A DNA stretch of 64,000 nucleotides from an uncultured Gammaproteobacteria bacterium (GCA_964580825.1 CAZOLB010000001.1:3066-67065), one strand, 5' to 3'. Counted from the stretch's first letter, positions 29,776 to 39,929 are shown. Made by a program: numbers and translations. Notes: generated by a model from the sequence alone, not told the origin.

Positions 29776-30189
29776 TTACGCTTTTTCGACGATTTTAGTT
29801 TTTATTGGCAACTTATGCGAAACAAGAATCAAGGCTCTGCGGGCAATAATTTTGTCCACGCCGGTAATTTCAAAAAGAATATTCCCCGCCTTGACTGGAG
29901 CCACATAATGATCGACTGCTCCTTTCCCCTTGCCCATTGGCATTTCCGCCCCTTTGAAAGTAACCGGTTTAGATGGAAATATCCTTATCCACATTTTACC
30001 TCCCTTTTTGAAGAAACGGGCAATAGTACGACGCGCTGCTTCAATTTGCCGAGCCGTAATCCATCTTGATTCCAAGGCCTTTAAGCCAAAATTTCCAAAG
30101 CTCAGTATATTTCCCCTACTCGCTTGTCCTTCCATTCTCCGCCTGCCTTTTTGGGACTTTCGATATTTTGTTCTTTTGGGCATCAACAT
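29776..30189 (-). CDS. rplP: 50S ribosomal protein L16
   Basis: [24 protein letters not shown]. Confidence 0.98.
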   Translation of the reverse strand: MLMPKRTKYRKSQKGRRRMEGQASRGNILSFGNFGLKALESRWITARQIEAARRTIARFFKKGGKMWIRIFPSKPVTFKGAEMPMGKGKGAVDHYVAPVKAGNILFEITGVDKIIARRALILVSHKLPIKTKIVEKA

Positions 30190-30252
30190 AAGCGCTCCTC
30201 TAAATTAAAATCTAAAAATGAAAAATATAAAACATTAAAATTTAAATTACTT

Positions 30253-30921
30253 TTAAATATCGCTTTTATTTTTTTTACTTTTATTTTCAAATCGTTCCCC
30301 CCGGTAAATCCATACCTTAACCCCGACGCTTCCATAGATCGTCGCCGCCTTTCCTCGGGAATAATCTATGTCGGCTCGAAGGGTATGAAGAGGGAGCTGT
30401 CCCCAGATCAGCTTCTCCGGCCTGGCTATTTCCGAACCATCCAAACGCCCTTTGACGACTATTTTACAACCTTTAGCCCCGCCGGCCTTCACTTGCTTAA
30501 TAACCTTTTTCATCACTCGACGATAAGGGAGCCTTTTTTCTAAATCAATAATTGCGCCTTCTAAAACAACCGCGGCTGAAAGCATTGGAAATTTTTCTTC
30601 TATCACGTTTATTTCCAAAACAAAATTGTCAGATAAAAATCTTTTTTTAATTTCTTTTTTTATATCCTCAACGTCAAGTCCTCCGCGTCCGATAATCAAA
30701 CCCGGTTTAGCCGTGTGAATTATAATCCGCATCACATTGGCTAATATTTCAATATTGACGATTGAGATGCCACAATTTTTAAGCTTTCCTGACAAAAATT
30801 TCCTAATCTTCGTGTCTTGTTCCAAAAAATACCTAAACTTGCGTTCTGAGGCAAACCATTTTGATTCCCATTCTCTAATCATCGGGATGCGGAAAATTTT
30901 CGGATTTACTTTACGACCCAT
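30253..30921 (-). CDS. rpsC: 30S ribosomal protein S3
   Basis: MGRKVNP, KPGLIIGRGG, PLHTLRADIDY. Confidence 0.98.
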   Translation of the reverse strand: MGRKVNPKIFRIPMIREWESKWFASERKFRYFLEQDTKIRKFLSGKLKNCGISIVNIEILANVMRIIIHTAKPGLIIGRGGLDVEDIKKEIKKRFLSDNFVLEINVIEEKFPMLSAAVVLEGAIIDLEKRLPYRRVMKKVIKQVKAGGAKGCKIVVKGRLDGSEIARPEKLIWGQLPLHTLRADIDYSRGKAATIYGSVGVKVWIYRGERFENKSKKNKSDI

Positions 30922-31016
30922 AACAATAAACTCCTAATCCTACGAATATTATCGCTAATTATTGCTAATAAATATTTACGGTTATTCGCGATAAAATTAA
31001 TACGATTGACAACTTT

Positions 31017-31622
31017 TTAAATGCTTTTTCTTCTAAATATTTTTTTTAATCCTCCCCCTGTTTCTTTTTTTCTTACTTTATCAAGATGTTGTTTCGCGCG
31101 TCGTTTACTCCGGCGTCGGACGTCAAAAATTTCTCTATCCTCGTTTATTCTTTCTTTTAATTCGGCGGGTTGTCTGGATAAAGGCGCTTTTTTATCGGAA
31201 ACCATGACTTCTCCTGACGGTTTCATCTCAACCAGCGGAGATAATTTCTTCTGCGTCGTTATTTTTTTCAATCTCGATTTATCGCTTAATATTTTTCCCT
31301 CCAAAATAATTGACAAATGCGTCGTCCTTTTGCGAATTCGACCAGCTCGACCAAAAGCTCTCGCCCGCCATCTTTTAAGCATTGGACCGGGATTAACAAG
31401 GATTTCCTTAATAAAAAGATTTTCTTTTTTTAAATTAAAATCATGCTCGGCATTGGCGACGGCCGACGTTAAAACTTTCAAAATCAAATCTGACGCCTTT
31501 TTGGGAATAAATTTCAAATGATTAAGAGCGGCTACCGCGTTTTCACCCTTAATAAGGTCGGCCACCAGTTTTAATTTTTTAGGAGATATTTTAAGATATT
31601 TACTTGTCGCTCTTATTTGCAT
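31017..31622 (-). CDS. rplV: 50S ribosomal protein L22 with a ~90-aa basic C-terminal extension
   Basis: ISPKKLKLVADLIKG, SAVANA, RARAFGRA..IRKRTTH. Confidence 0.95.
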   Translation of the reverse strand: MQIRATSKYLKISPKKLKLVADLIKGENAVAALNHLKFIPKKASDLILKVLTSAVANAEHDFNLKKENLFIKEILVNPGPMLKRWRARAFGRAGRIRKRTTHLSIILEGKILSDKSRLKKITTQKKLSPLVEMKPSGEVMVSDKKAPLSRQPAELKERINEDREIFDVRRRSKRRAKQHLDKVRKKETGGGLKKIFRRKSI

Positions 31623-31643
31623 AAATATTTCAATAAACTAAAA

Positions 31644-31937
31644 TTATTTTTTCTCTTCGGCCGCCTCTAATCCTCTTTGCATTTTACCGCCATGTCTGAC
31701 AAATTTTCTAGTCGGTGAAAACTCGCCCAATTTATAACCAACCATATTTTCCACGATAAGTACGGGAATATGAATTTTCCCATTGTGCACTCCGAGAGTA
31801 AAACCAACCATTTCCGGCGTAATTACAGAATCTCTTGACCAGGTTTTTATAACCGTTTTATCTCCCGGTTTTAATCGGGAAATCTTTTTTAGTAATTTTA
31901 GATCAACCCATGGACCTTTTTTTAGGGATCGAGACAT
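31644..31937 (-). CDS. rpsS: 30S ribosomal protein S19
   Basis: [22 protein letters not shown]. Confidence 0.98.
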   Translation of the reverse strand: MSRSLKKGPWVDLKLLKKISRLKPGDKTVIKTWSRDSVITPEMVGFTLGVHNGKIHIPVLIVENMVGYKLGEFSPTRKFVRHGGKMQRGLEAAEEKK

Positions 31938-31975
31938 AAATTATAAACTAATTTAATAAATTAGAAGCAAATTTT

Positions 31976-32824
31976 TTATTTCTTTTTTAATTTTTTCATC
32001 CGTCTTTTTATTATTAACTTATTGGTCCATTTCTTTCTTTTTCTTGTTTTAACGCCTCTGGCCGGCTTCCCCCATAAAGTTTTGGGGTGTTTTAAGCCGA
32101 TTGGAGAGACTCCTTCTCCTCCTCCGTGGGGATGTGAAACAGGATTCATCGCCTTTCCTCGAACTGTAGGTCTAATACCTCGATGACGCATTCGACCAGC
32201 TCTTCCCCAACGAATAAAACGCCTTTCCGGATTACTTACCTGTCCTAAACTAGCTAAACAAGAACTGGGTATTAAACGTATTTCACTAGAAGGCAATTTT
32301 ATTTGAGCAAATTTACCGTCCTCTGTAAAGCCCATCAAAACCGCAGAACTGCCAGCTGAACGGACAATCTTTCCTCCTTGACCGGGATTTAATTCAACAT
32401 TATGGACGGCCATACCTAAATTAATATATTTCAAAGGCATACGATTGCCAACCTTTGCTTCTATTTTATTTTTTGAATTCAAAAAATTGTCGCCAGCTTT
32501 TATTCCCCGCGGAGCAATAATATATCTTTTCTCGCCATCGAGATAATTTATCAAAGCAATCCAACAAGAACGATTCGGGTCATACTCGATACTTTTTACT
32601 TGTCCTGAAATGTCAAATTTATCCTGCCTAAAATCAATTTTTCTATAAAATCTCTTTTCCTGTCCCCCTTGATGCCTAACCACAATACAGCCCTTACTTC
32701 GACCCGCTTTGCGTTTTTTAATAATTATTAATTTTCTATAAGGCCTGCCTTTATTTATTTCTTCGGCGCGGACAACACTTGTCTTTCTCCGAGACGGAGT
32801 TGTTGGTTTATATATCTTTAACAT
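31976..32824 (-). CDS. rplB: 50S ribosomal protein L2
   Basis: EYDPNRS, RPTVRGKAMNPVSHPHGGGEG. Confidence 0.98.
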   Translation of the reverse strand: MLKIYKPTTPSRRKTSVVRAEEINKGRPYRKLIIIKKRKAGRSKGCIVVRHQGGQEKRFYRKIDFRQDKFDISGQVKSIEYDPNRSCWIALINYLDGEKRYIIAPRGIKAGDNFLNSKNKIEAKVGNRMPLKYINLGMAVHNVELNPGQGGKIVRSAGSSAVLMGFTEDGKFAQIKLPSSEIRLIPSSCLASLGQVSNPERRFIRWGRAGRMRHRGIRPTVRGKAMNPVSHPHGGGEGVSPIGLKHPKTLWGKPARGVKTRKRKKWTNKLIIKRRMKKLKKK

Positions 32825-32826
32825 AT

Positions 32827-33363
32827 TTATTTCTTAACAAATTGTATTTTCTCTCCTTTTTTTAAAAAAACTACGGCCTTTTTTCTATCTTTTGTCCGAC
32901 CGATAAAACGGCCGTACCTGACTATTTTCCCTTTTTCTCGAATTATATTTATCTTGACTGGTTTTACGCCATAAATCTCTTCCACGGCTTCTTTCACTGA
33001 AATCTTATTTGCTTTCGGAAAAATTTCAAAAACGTAAGAATTAACTGTTTCGCCCGAAACAGCCTTTTCAGTGATTATTGGCCTTATTAAAACGCCCGGG
33101 GCGATATTAACCTTCCGCCTCAATAAATCATGTTTTGGCTTACTTTCCATTTTTACTTGTCCGCCGTTCTCTTTGCTCTCTTCGCCGATGACTCCTTGTT
33201 TTCCGGCTTCTTGGGGCCTGTTTTTTCCATTCCTCCCGCCTTTTTCTTTTCCGACTTCGGTTTCGATTTCTCGGTCTTTTTTGTCTTTGGCGATTTTTTT
33301 GTTGCCTTCGCCGGCTCTTTTTTTATCTGCCGACTTATTGTCTTTTCTTTTAAAGAAAAACAT
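32827..33363 (-). CDS. rplW: 50S ribosomal protein L23 (start ambiguous: 33363 with a long N-terminal extension, or 33150)
   Basis: PIITEKA, ANKISVKEAVE, KKAVVFLKKG. Confidence 0.9.
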   Translation of the reverse strand: MFFFKRKDNKSADKKRAGEGNKKIAKDKKDREIETEVGKEKGGRNGKNRPQEAGKQGVIGEESKENGGQVKMESKPKHDLLRRKVNIAPGVLIRPIITEKAVSGETVNSYVFEIFPKANKISVKEAVEEIYGVKPVKINIIREKGKIVRYGRFIGRTKDRKKAVVFLKKGEKIQFVKK

Positions 33364-34001
33364 AATTTGCCAAAATATTCTTGTATTTTATCGACTCCTT
33401 CGACCGTGGTTAATAAATAATCCGCTCTCAAAAGGTCAAGAATGTTTAATCCAGTGACAGGAAGCATTTTAACTCCTTTTATATTCCGACCGGATTTGAT
33501 GACATTTTCATCTTTATTTGAGAGACTAATTAAAACATTTTGGGATTTATCACTATTTATCAAACTGGTGATAATTAAATTGATTCTTTTCGTCTTAATT
33601 TCCGGCATCACCAATTTATCCAAAATATACATCTTTTTTTCTTTTACTTTATCCGAAAGACACATTAATAAAACCTTTTTTTTGCTTTTCTTATTAAGTT
33701 TCTGGTCGTAAACTCTTTCTTTTCTCGGGCCAAAAATGATGCCGCCGCCGCGCCAAAGAGGGGAACGAATAGAGCCGGCTCTGGCTCGTCCCGTGCCTTT
33801 CTGGCGCCAGGGCTTTATGCCGCCGCCGCGAATTTCTCCCTTTACTTTTGTTTGCGCCCAAGGATGACGTTGATTGGCCAAAAGTCCGACCACTGCCTGA
33901 CGAATCAATTCTGATTTTGGTTCAACGCCAAAAATCTCAGGATTTAACTCTTTTTCTCCCACCACCTTCCCTTCTTGATTGTAGATATCAACCTTAATCA
34001 T
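33153..34001 (-). CDS. rplD: 50S ribosomal protein L4 with a Lys-rich C-terminal tail overlapping rplW
   Basis: RGGGIKPWRQKGTGRARAGSIRSPLWRGGG..FGP. Confidence 0.93.
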   Translation of the reverse strand: MIKVDIYNQEGKVVGEKELNPEIFGVEPKSELIRQAVVGLLANQRHPWAQTKVKGEIRGGGIKPWRQKGTGRARAGSIRSPLWRGGGIIFGPRKERVYDQKLNKKSKKKVLLMCLSDKVKEKKMYILDKLVMPEIKTKRINLIITSLINSDKSQNVLISLSNKDENVIKSGRNIKGVKMLPVTGLNILDLLRADYLLTTVEGVDKIQEYFGKLCFSLKEKTISRQIKKEPAKATKKSPKTKKTEKSKPKSEKKKAGGMEKTGPKKPENKESSAKRAKRTADK

Positions 34002-34088
34002 ATTTGACAATTCATTCATTTATTCGTAATTCGTAATTCGCGCCATTCACATGGTATTCGCCTGCCTACACCGGCAGGTAGTTCCGCA

Positions 34089-34703
34089 TTAGGCCGTAAC
34101 AATTTCCAACAAACCGCTTCTACTTCCGGGCACGGCGCCGCGAACCAATAATAAATTTTTTTCCGGTTTAACGTCTATGATTTCCAAATTTTTTACGGTT
34201 ATTCTTTTATAACCCATTCTCCCAGGCATCCTTTGCCCTTTAAGGACTTTAGCTGGACCGCCGGCGCCGATTGAACCGGGCATTCTTAATTGATCTTTAT
34301 GTCCATGAGTAGCCGGCGAACCATGAAAATGATGCCTTTTTACCACTCCTTGAAAACCTCTGCCTTTGGAAAAGCCGGCAATCTTGACTTTATCTCCGGG
34401 TTGGAAAATATCAACTTTAATCAAGTCCCCAATTTTTAGATCTGAACCGCTTGTCCTGAACTCTTTTAAATATCTGCTGATTTTTGCGTTTTTGTCTCCG
34501 ATTTTCTTAAAACGGCCGCGTTCGGCTTGGTTAGATTTATTTTTTTGATCAAAACCGACTTGGACGCTTTCATATCCGTCTTTGCCATTTGTTTTTATCT
34601 GCGTGACTAAACACGGACCAGCCTGAATTTCAGTTACCGGAAAAACCTTGTCATCTTTGAAAATCTGACTCATCTGTAATTTTTTTCCTATAATAAACTT
34701 CAT
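34089..34703 (-). CDS. rplC: 50S ribosomal protein L3
   Basis: SKGRGFQGVVKRH, RMPGSIG, GAVPG. Confidence 0.98.
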   Translation of the reverse strand: MKFIIGKKLQMSQIFKDDKVFPVTEIQAGPCLVTQIKTNGKDGYESVQVGFDQKNKSNQAERGRFKKIGDKNAKISRYLKEFRTSGSDLKIGDLIKVDIFQPGDKVKIAGFSKGRGFQGVVKRHHFHGSPATHGHKDQLRMPGSIGAGGPAKVLKGQRMPGRMGYKRITVKNLEIIDVKPEKNLLLVRGAVPGSRSGLLEIVTA

Positions 34704-34717
34704 ATTTATAATAATAT

Positions 34718-34885
34718 AAAAGCCGGGTCGCCGCCAAACTTCTTATATCCGGTCCAACCCCCGGCTCTAATCAAATCTGGCTAAGTTGTTTCGCTTGCTT
34801 AGAATTTAACCTCTATAACGAAAAGGTACAACTGGTCGGACGATAATCGTCATAAATTCACTCTCGACCCGATATACTTTCATTA
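34718..34885 (-). promoter_or_regulatory. Structured rpsJ-rplC intergenic RNA (putative ribosomal leader/attenuator)
   Basis: AGCCGGG...CCCGGCT followed by TTT just before the rplC start; a second stem GGTCG...CGACC lies upstream. Confidence 0.45.
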
Positions 34886-34930
34886 ATTTATTAATGGCGA
34901 TTCGTGGCAAAAATTGGATAATCAAATTGA

Positions 34931-35296
34931 TTACATTTTTATCTCCACGTCCACGCCCGCGGGCAAATTCAAACTGGTCAAAGTTTCCAACGTCTGCTGA
35001 TTAAAATTAACTATATCAATCAGGCGTTTATGAACTCTTTTTTCAAATTGATCTTGAGAATCCTTATGGACGAAAGTTGACCGCAGAATAGTGTATTTTT
35101 TTTTCTCTGTGGGAAGAAAAATCGGTCCAATAATTTTTGCCCCCGAACGCTTCAAAGATTCAATAATATTCTTCAAGGCCTCATCAATAACCCGATGGTC
35201 ATAAGCCTTGATTTTAATGCGAATCCTGGGCCGATATTCGACTTCCTCATTCTTTTTTGCGTTCGCCACCCTTTTTTTATCTCTTTCTTCTGACAT
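34931..35296 (-). CDS. rpsJ: 30S ribosomal protein S10
   Basis: [28 protein letters not shown]. Confidence 0.97.
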   Translation of the reverse strand: MSEERDKKRVANAKKNEEVEYRPRIRIKIKAYDHRVIDEALKNIIESLKRSGAKIIGPIFLPTEKKKYTILRSTFVHKDSQDQFEKRVHKRLIDIVNFNQQTLETLTSLNLPAGVDVEIKM

Positions 35297-35341
35297 TGCT
35301 AAAGAACTAAATTCATTTAAACATCAACTAAACGTCTTAAT

Positions 35342-36547
35342 TTATTTAATTATCTTAACTACCACTCCGGCTCCCACGGTTTTTCCGCCCTCTCTAAGAG
35401 CGAATCTCTGTTGTTCTTCTAAAGCAATCGGTTTATATAATTTTACCTTCAAATTCAAAGTATCTCCCGGCATGGCCATTTCCGTTCCTTCCGGCAATGT
35501 CACCTCACCGGTTACGTCGGTAGTCCGAATATAAAACTGAGGTTTGTAACCGCTAAAAAACGGGGTGTGGCGGCCGCCTTCTTCTTTGGAAAGAATATAA
35601 ACTTGACCTTCAAATTCGGTATGCGGCGTTACTGTTCCCGGTTTCACAATAACCTGACCTCTCTCAATATCGGTCTTCTTGGTTCCGCGTAAAAGAATAC
35701 CGGCATTATCGCCGGCCATTCCCTCGTCTAGGGATTTTCTAAACATCTCAATTCCGGTAACAACGGTTTTTTGGGTCGGCTTTAAGCCGACTATTTCCAC
35801 TTCTTCGTTTAATTTAATTACCCCTCTTTCTATTTTTCCCGTAACCACCGTTCCCCTGCCTTCAATTGAAAAAATATCTTCAATCGGCATTAAAAACGGC
35901 TTATCAATATCTCTTTTGGGCTCGGGAATGTAGCTGTCCAAAGTTTCCATAAGCTTCAATATCGGCCCGCAATGAGGGCAATCGACTTTACCGCAACCGC
36001 AACCCAAGGCCTTTAAAGCCGAACCTTCAATAATGGGAATTTCATCGCCGGGGAATTCGTATTTCTTAAGCAAATCCTTAACTTCTTCTTTAACCAAGTC
36101 GATTAATTCTTTATCCTCCACCATGTCGGTTTTATTTAGAAAAACAATCATCGTCGGAACTCCTACCTGATGAGCTAAAAGAATGTGTTCTCTGGTTTGG
36201 GGCATCGGCCCGTCAGCGGCGGAAATGACTAAAATAGCGCCATCCATTTGAGCGGCGCCAGTAATCATATTTTTAATATAGTCGGCATGTCCGGGACAAT
36301 CAATGTGAGCGTAATGCCGTTTGTCCGTTTCATACTCAACATGGGCCAAAGCAATAGTAATTCCCCTTTCCCTCTCTTCCGGAGCATTATCAATTTGGTC
36401 CACGCCTTTATCGTCGGCCCTTTTGCCGGACGCCCTTAGACATTTTAAAATTGCCGCCGTCAAGGTGGTTTTTCCATGATCAACATGTCCAATCGTCCCC
36501 ACGTTAACATGCGATTTACCTCTAACAAATTTTTCTTTTTCTGCCAT
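35342..36547 (-). CDS. tuf: Elongation factor Tu
   Basis: [31 protein letters not shown]. Confidence 0.99.
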   Translation of the reverse strand: MAEKEKFVRGKSHVNVGTIGHVDHGKTTLTAAILKCLRASGKRADDKGVDQIDNAPEERERGITIALAHVEYETDKRHYAHIDCPGHADYIKNMITGAAQMDGAILVISAADGPMPQTREHILLAHQVGVPTMIVFLNKTDMVEDKELIDLVKEEVKDLLKKYEFPGDEIPIIEGSALKALGCGCGKVDCPHCGPILKLMETLDSYIPEPKRDIDKPFLMPIEDIFSIEGRGTVVTGKIERGVIKLNEEVEIVGLKPTQKTVVTGIEMFRKSLDEGMAGDNAGILLRGTKKTDIERGQVIVKPGTVTPHTEFEGQVYILSKEEGGRHTPFFSGYKPQFYIRTTDVTGEVTLPEGTEMAMPGDTLNLKVKLYKPIALEEQQRFALREGGKTVGAGVVVKIIK

Positions 36548-36639
36548 ATTAATTGCCTCATCTTCGCAAACTGACTATTCAAATATAATAAACAGTCGCG
36601 AATCGCTTAATTTAAATTACTTAATTAAAAAGTGTGGCT

Positions 36640-36668
36640 ATTATAACACAAACAATTTTATTTAGCAA
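36640..36668 (-). promoter_or_regulatory. sigma70 promoter of the tuf-S10 operon
   Basis: TTGCTA-17 nt-TATAAT with extended TG. Confidence 0.6.
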
Positions 36669-36690
36669 CTATTTTTTCCACACCATAATA

Positions 36691-37161
36691 CTAATCGGAA
36701 TTCAAATCCTCCGGAGCGTAAACGGCGGGAAAATCTATTTTCTGATAATCAAAAATTTCATCTTGATTAAAAAACCTCCAAATTTCCTTATCCGCGCTTT
36801 CTTTCGAATCAGAGGCATGAACGATATTATATTGTCGACTCATAGAAAAATCGCCCCTAATACTGCCCGAATCCGCCTTTCTCCCGACTGTCGGCCCGCA
36901 AATCAAACGCACCGCCTCAATCGCCTCGACCCCCTCTAGGGCCAAAGCAATGATGGGCGAGCTTTCCATAAATTTGACCAAATCTTTGAAAAAAGGTTTA
37001 TTCTTATGATGAAAATAATGCTCTTTTAAAAGAGTGTCATTAAGCTTCATCATTTTTAAGCCGATTATTTTCAATCCCTTTTTTTCAAAACGAGAAATTA
37101 TCTCTCCTAAAAGATTTCTTTGCAAGGCATCCGGCTTTAATAAAACCAATGTTTTTTCCAT
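36691..37161 (-). CDS. ndk: Nucleoside-diphosphate kinase
   Basis: TLVLLKPDA, GSIRGDF, NIVHASDS. Confidence 0.97.
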   Translation of the reverse strand: MEKTLVLLKPDALQRNLLGEIISRFEKKGLKIIGLKMMKLNDTLLKEHYFHHKNKPFFKDLVKFMESSPIIALALEGVEAIEAVRLICGPTVGRKADSGSIRGDFSMSRQYNIVHASDSKESADKEIWRFFNQDEIFDYQKIDFPAVYAPEDLNSD

Positions 37162-37383
37162 GTTTCTAAAAAATTCTCCTAATTATTAATTAATAATAAT
37201 TAATAACAAATTATTCTTTAAATGTCAAGATAAAAAATAAAATCCGTCGAATTAAATAAAACCTGACGGAAACCGCAGATTAATTTTAAAACCCGCATCT
37301 GCAATTCTCTCCACAGACACAAATCTTTAAAGCATTTCTATTTTTAGATTATTTTAAAAAATTAATTATTTCCCATATTAGGT

Positions 37384-38301
37384 TTATTTATATATTTTAT
37401 TGGTCAATTTTATTTTTTCTCCATCGCCGAGAAAAATAATATCACCTAATTCGTCTGTCCTTAGAATTTCCGCGCCCACTTCTTTTAAATTGTTCAAAAC
37501 CCTTAAACTGGGATGGCCGAAAGCGTTCTCACCCACGGAAATGACGCCGTATTGCGGCTCAACCAATTTTAAAAATTCAAGACCGGAAGAATATTTTGAC
37601 CCATGATGCCCGACTTTTAAAACATCTGCTTTCAAATTAACGCCCGATTTTATTATTTCTTCTTCCGCTTCGGTTATAGCGTCGCCGGTAAAAAGCAAAC
37701 TATTATTCTTATAAGTCAATTTTAAAACAAGGGAAGTAAAATTATCGTCTCCCTTTAACCTTTTAATTTGATTTTGAATCGGCCAAAAAAAATCCATTTT
37801 TATTTCTCCGTCTCCATCCTCCAAAACAATCCTCTGGGTAGCGTCGATTGCCTGCTGGGGGATATTTTTCTGCTCAATTATCTTCTTCCATTCCAAGGCG
37901 GCGAAAGTGTTATCTTTTAAACCGTTGCTCACCACTCGTTTAACGGGATAACGCTCCAAAACTTCGACTAAGCCGGTCAAGTGATCAAGTCCGAAGTGGG
38001 TTAAAATCATCAAGTCGATTCTCCGATTATTTATCGGGATATATTTGTCCAATTTATGAATAATATTCTTTTCCGGACCGCCATCAATCAAAATATTATA
38101 CCCTTTGGGGGTTTGGATTAAAGCCGCGTCCCCTTGCCCGATGTCAAAAAAAACAACCCTCAAACTATTTTTTGGCGGGAAAGAGACAAAAGAAAAATAA
38201 CCTAAAACCACCAAATTAATGAACAAGAGTAGGCCGACAAACAAAATCAACCACTTAAACAAAATTTTTCTTTTTATTTTATTTTTTATATTTTTTGTCA
38301 T
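37384..38301 (-). CDS. ComEC/Rec2-related metallo-beta-lactamase-fold protein (membrane-anchored)
   Basis: FFDIGQGDA, IDGGP, TH...DH, LFTGDA, LKVGHHGS, FGHP, RTDELG. Confidence 0.9.
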   Translation of the reverse strand: MTKNIKNKIKRKILFKWLILFVGLLLFINLVVLGYFSFVSFPPKNSLRVVFFDIGQGDAALIQTPKGYNILIDGGPEKNIIHKLDKYIPINNRRIDLMILTHFGLDHLTGLVEVLERYPVKRVVSNGLKDNTFAALEWKKIIEQKNIPQQAIDATQRIVLEDGDGEIKMDFFWPIQNQIKRLKGDDNFTSLVLKLTYKNNSLLFTGDAITEAEEEIIKSGVNLKADVLKVGHHGSKYSSGLEFLKLVEPQYGVISVGENAFGHPSLRVLNNLKEVGAEILRTDELGDIIFLGDGEKIKLTNKIYK

Positions 38302-38316
38302 AACGATCCCTAAAAA

Positions 38317-39807
38317 TTATTTTTTATCTGTCTGTTCGACTCTTTTTTGCCTTTGCAGAATTTGAACGACAAAAAATGCGATCAAAACGTACAGAATAAT
38401 AGCAATGATAAAATGAACTTTGCCGAAAGTAAAAGAAAGTCCGGGAATAGCGGATAAAAACTTCACTAAAAGAATAGTATACGTAAGAATTAGCCAACTG
38501 GGCCAAATTAAAATTTTAGCCAAGCCGACAACTCCGCCTAAAAAGAAAATAAAACCGAAAGCCATGCCAATCGGCAAAACCGGCAAAATCAAAATATTTG
38601 CCAAAACAGCGATTAAAGATAAATTTCCGAAATAATATAAAATCAAAGGAAAAACAAAAAGTTGAGCCGATAAACTCGCGCTTAAATAATGGCGTAGAGG
38701 GAAATAATGAAAATTAGGAATTTTTTGAAAAAGAGAATTAAAATAACTCCCCATTAAAGACATGCCTAAAACGGACATGAAAGACAGCTGGAAACCCACG
38801 TCTGATTTCAAAAGTTTGGGATTGAATAAAAGCATTAAAAAACCAGAAAAAACCAGTATTCTAAAAAAATCTTTGGGTCGGCCAATTTTCATCGCGTAAG
38901 CCGTTGCCAAACCCATAATAACCGCCCGTATCGCTGAAGGCGGCGCGCCGACTAAAACAACAAAAACAAAAATAATCGCAAAAATCAAATAAAACGCTTT
39001 TGAACGACGAAGATGCAGCGTTGTTACGAAAAAATACGAAAGCAAGGCGCAAAGCACACTGATATGCAAGCCGGAAACGGCCAAAATATGAGATACTCCC
39101 GCCCGGCTAAATTCGGCGCGTAAATCTTGAGGAATTTCACGCTGCCGGCCAAGCAATAAAGCCGATAAAATCGACCCCTGGGGTTCGGAAAAATTCAAAT
39201 CAATCAAACGCTCAAATTTATTTTTAACCACCAAAATCTTTGAATAAACATCCGAAACTTCGGATTTCTTTAAAATTTTGATTTCCGGCCAATAGCAAGT
39301 CGAATAAACGTCATAACGGGCCAGATACTCATAATAATTAAAATTTGCGAAAACTCCCGGTTCGTTTAATTGGCAATTTATTTCCACCAGATCCCCATAC
39401 TGGTAATCGGAATAAAGAGGAATATCAACCAACACCCTTCCTTGAAGCGGCAGATTTCCTAAAATTATATCGCCGATTGTAATTTTAATTTCATCAACCC
39501 TTTGATCGGGCTCTTTAATTACTTTTCCCCGAAAAACGACCCGAGAACCGTTATAATAAGAAATATGAGATTGGTCTATTTTAGGAAAACTTATTTGATA
39601 ACGAAATACGCCAAAAATGAAAAATAAAATTAAAAAAATTGCCGGCGAGATTCTCTTAGTGGGCAAAATCACCAGCCAAACAATCAAAAATAACAAAAAT
39701 AAAGGAATATAGACAAAAAACGGAAGAGATAAAAAAGAAGAAACGCCGACGCCAAGAATAAAAAAAATCAAGGACCAAGTAATGATTTTTGAAGTAAGGA
39801 TATTCAT
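38317..39807 (-). CDS. comEC: ComEC/Rec2 competence channel protein
   Basis: GVSHILAVSGLHI, SAIRAVIM, DVGFQLSF; multi-TM with an N-terminal OB-like region. Confidence 0.93.
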   Translation of the reverse strand: MNILTSKIITWSLIFFILGVGVSSFLSLPFFVYIPLFLLFLIVWLVILPTKRISPAIFLILFFIFGVFRYQISFPKIDQSHISYYNGSRVVFRGKVIKEPDQRVDEIKITIGDIILGNLPLQGRVLVDIPLYSDYQYGDLVEINCQLNEPGVFANFNYYEYLARYDVYSTCYWPEIKILKKSEVSDVYSKILVVKNKFERLIDLNFSEPQGSILSALLLGRQREIPQDLRAEFSRAGVSHILAVSGLHISVLCALLSYFFVTTLHLRRSKAFYLIFAIIFVFVVLVGAPPSAIRAVIMGLATAYAMKIGRPKDFFRILVFSGFLMLLFNPKLLKSDVGFQLSFMSVLGMSLMGSYFNSLFQKIPNFHYFPLRHYLSASLSAQLFVFPLILYYFGNLSLIAVLANILILPVLPIGMAFGFIFFLGGVVGLAKILIWPSWLILTYTILLVKFLSAIPGLSFTFGKVHFIIAIILYVLIAFFVVQILQRQKRVEQTDKK

Positions 39808-39886
39808 TATATTTCAAATTAACCCATTTCCGCAAAAGAGACAAGATAACTGTACAAGATAAATATATCAATAACGCCCCCTTGCA

Positions 39887-39921
39887 AAAAGAGTTTGGAG
39901 ACCGAGCCACCAAACTCTTTT
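39887..39921. repeat. Hairpin downstream of prfB (terminator or REP-like)
   Basis: AAAAGAGTTTGG-11 nt-CCAAACTCTTTT; core resembles 61463-61491. Confidence 0.6.
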
Positions 39922-39929
39922 AAATATGC

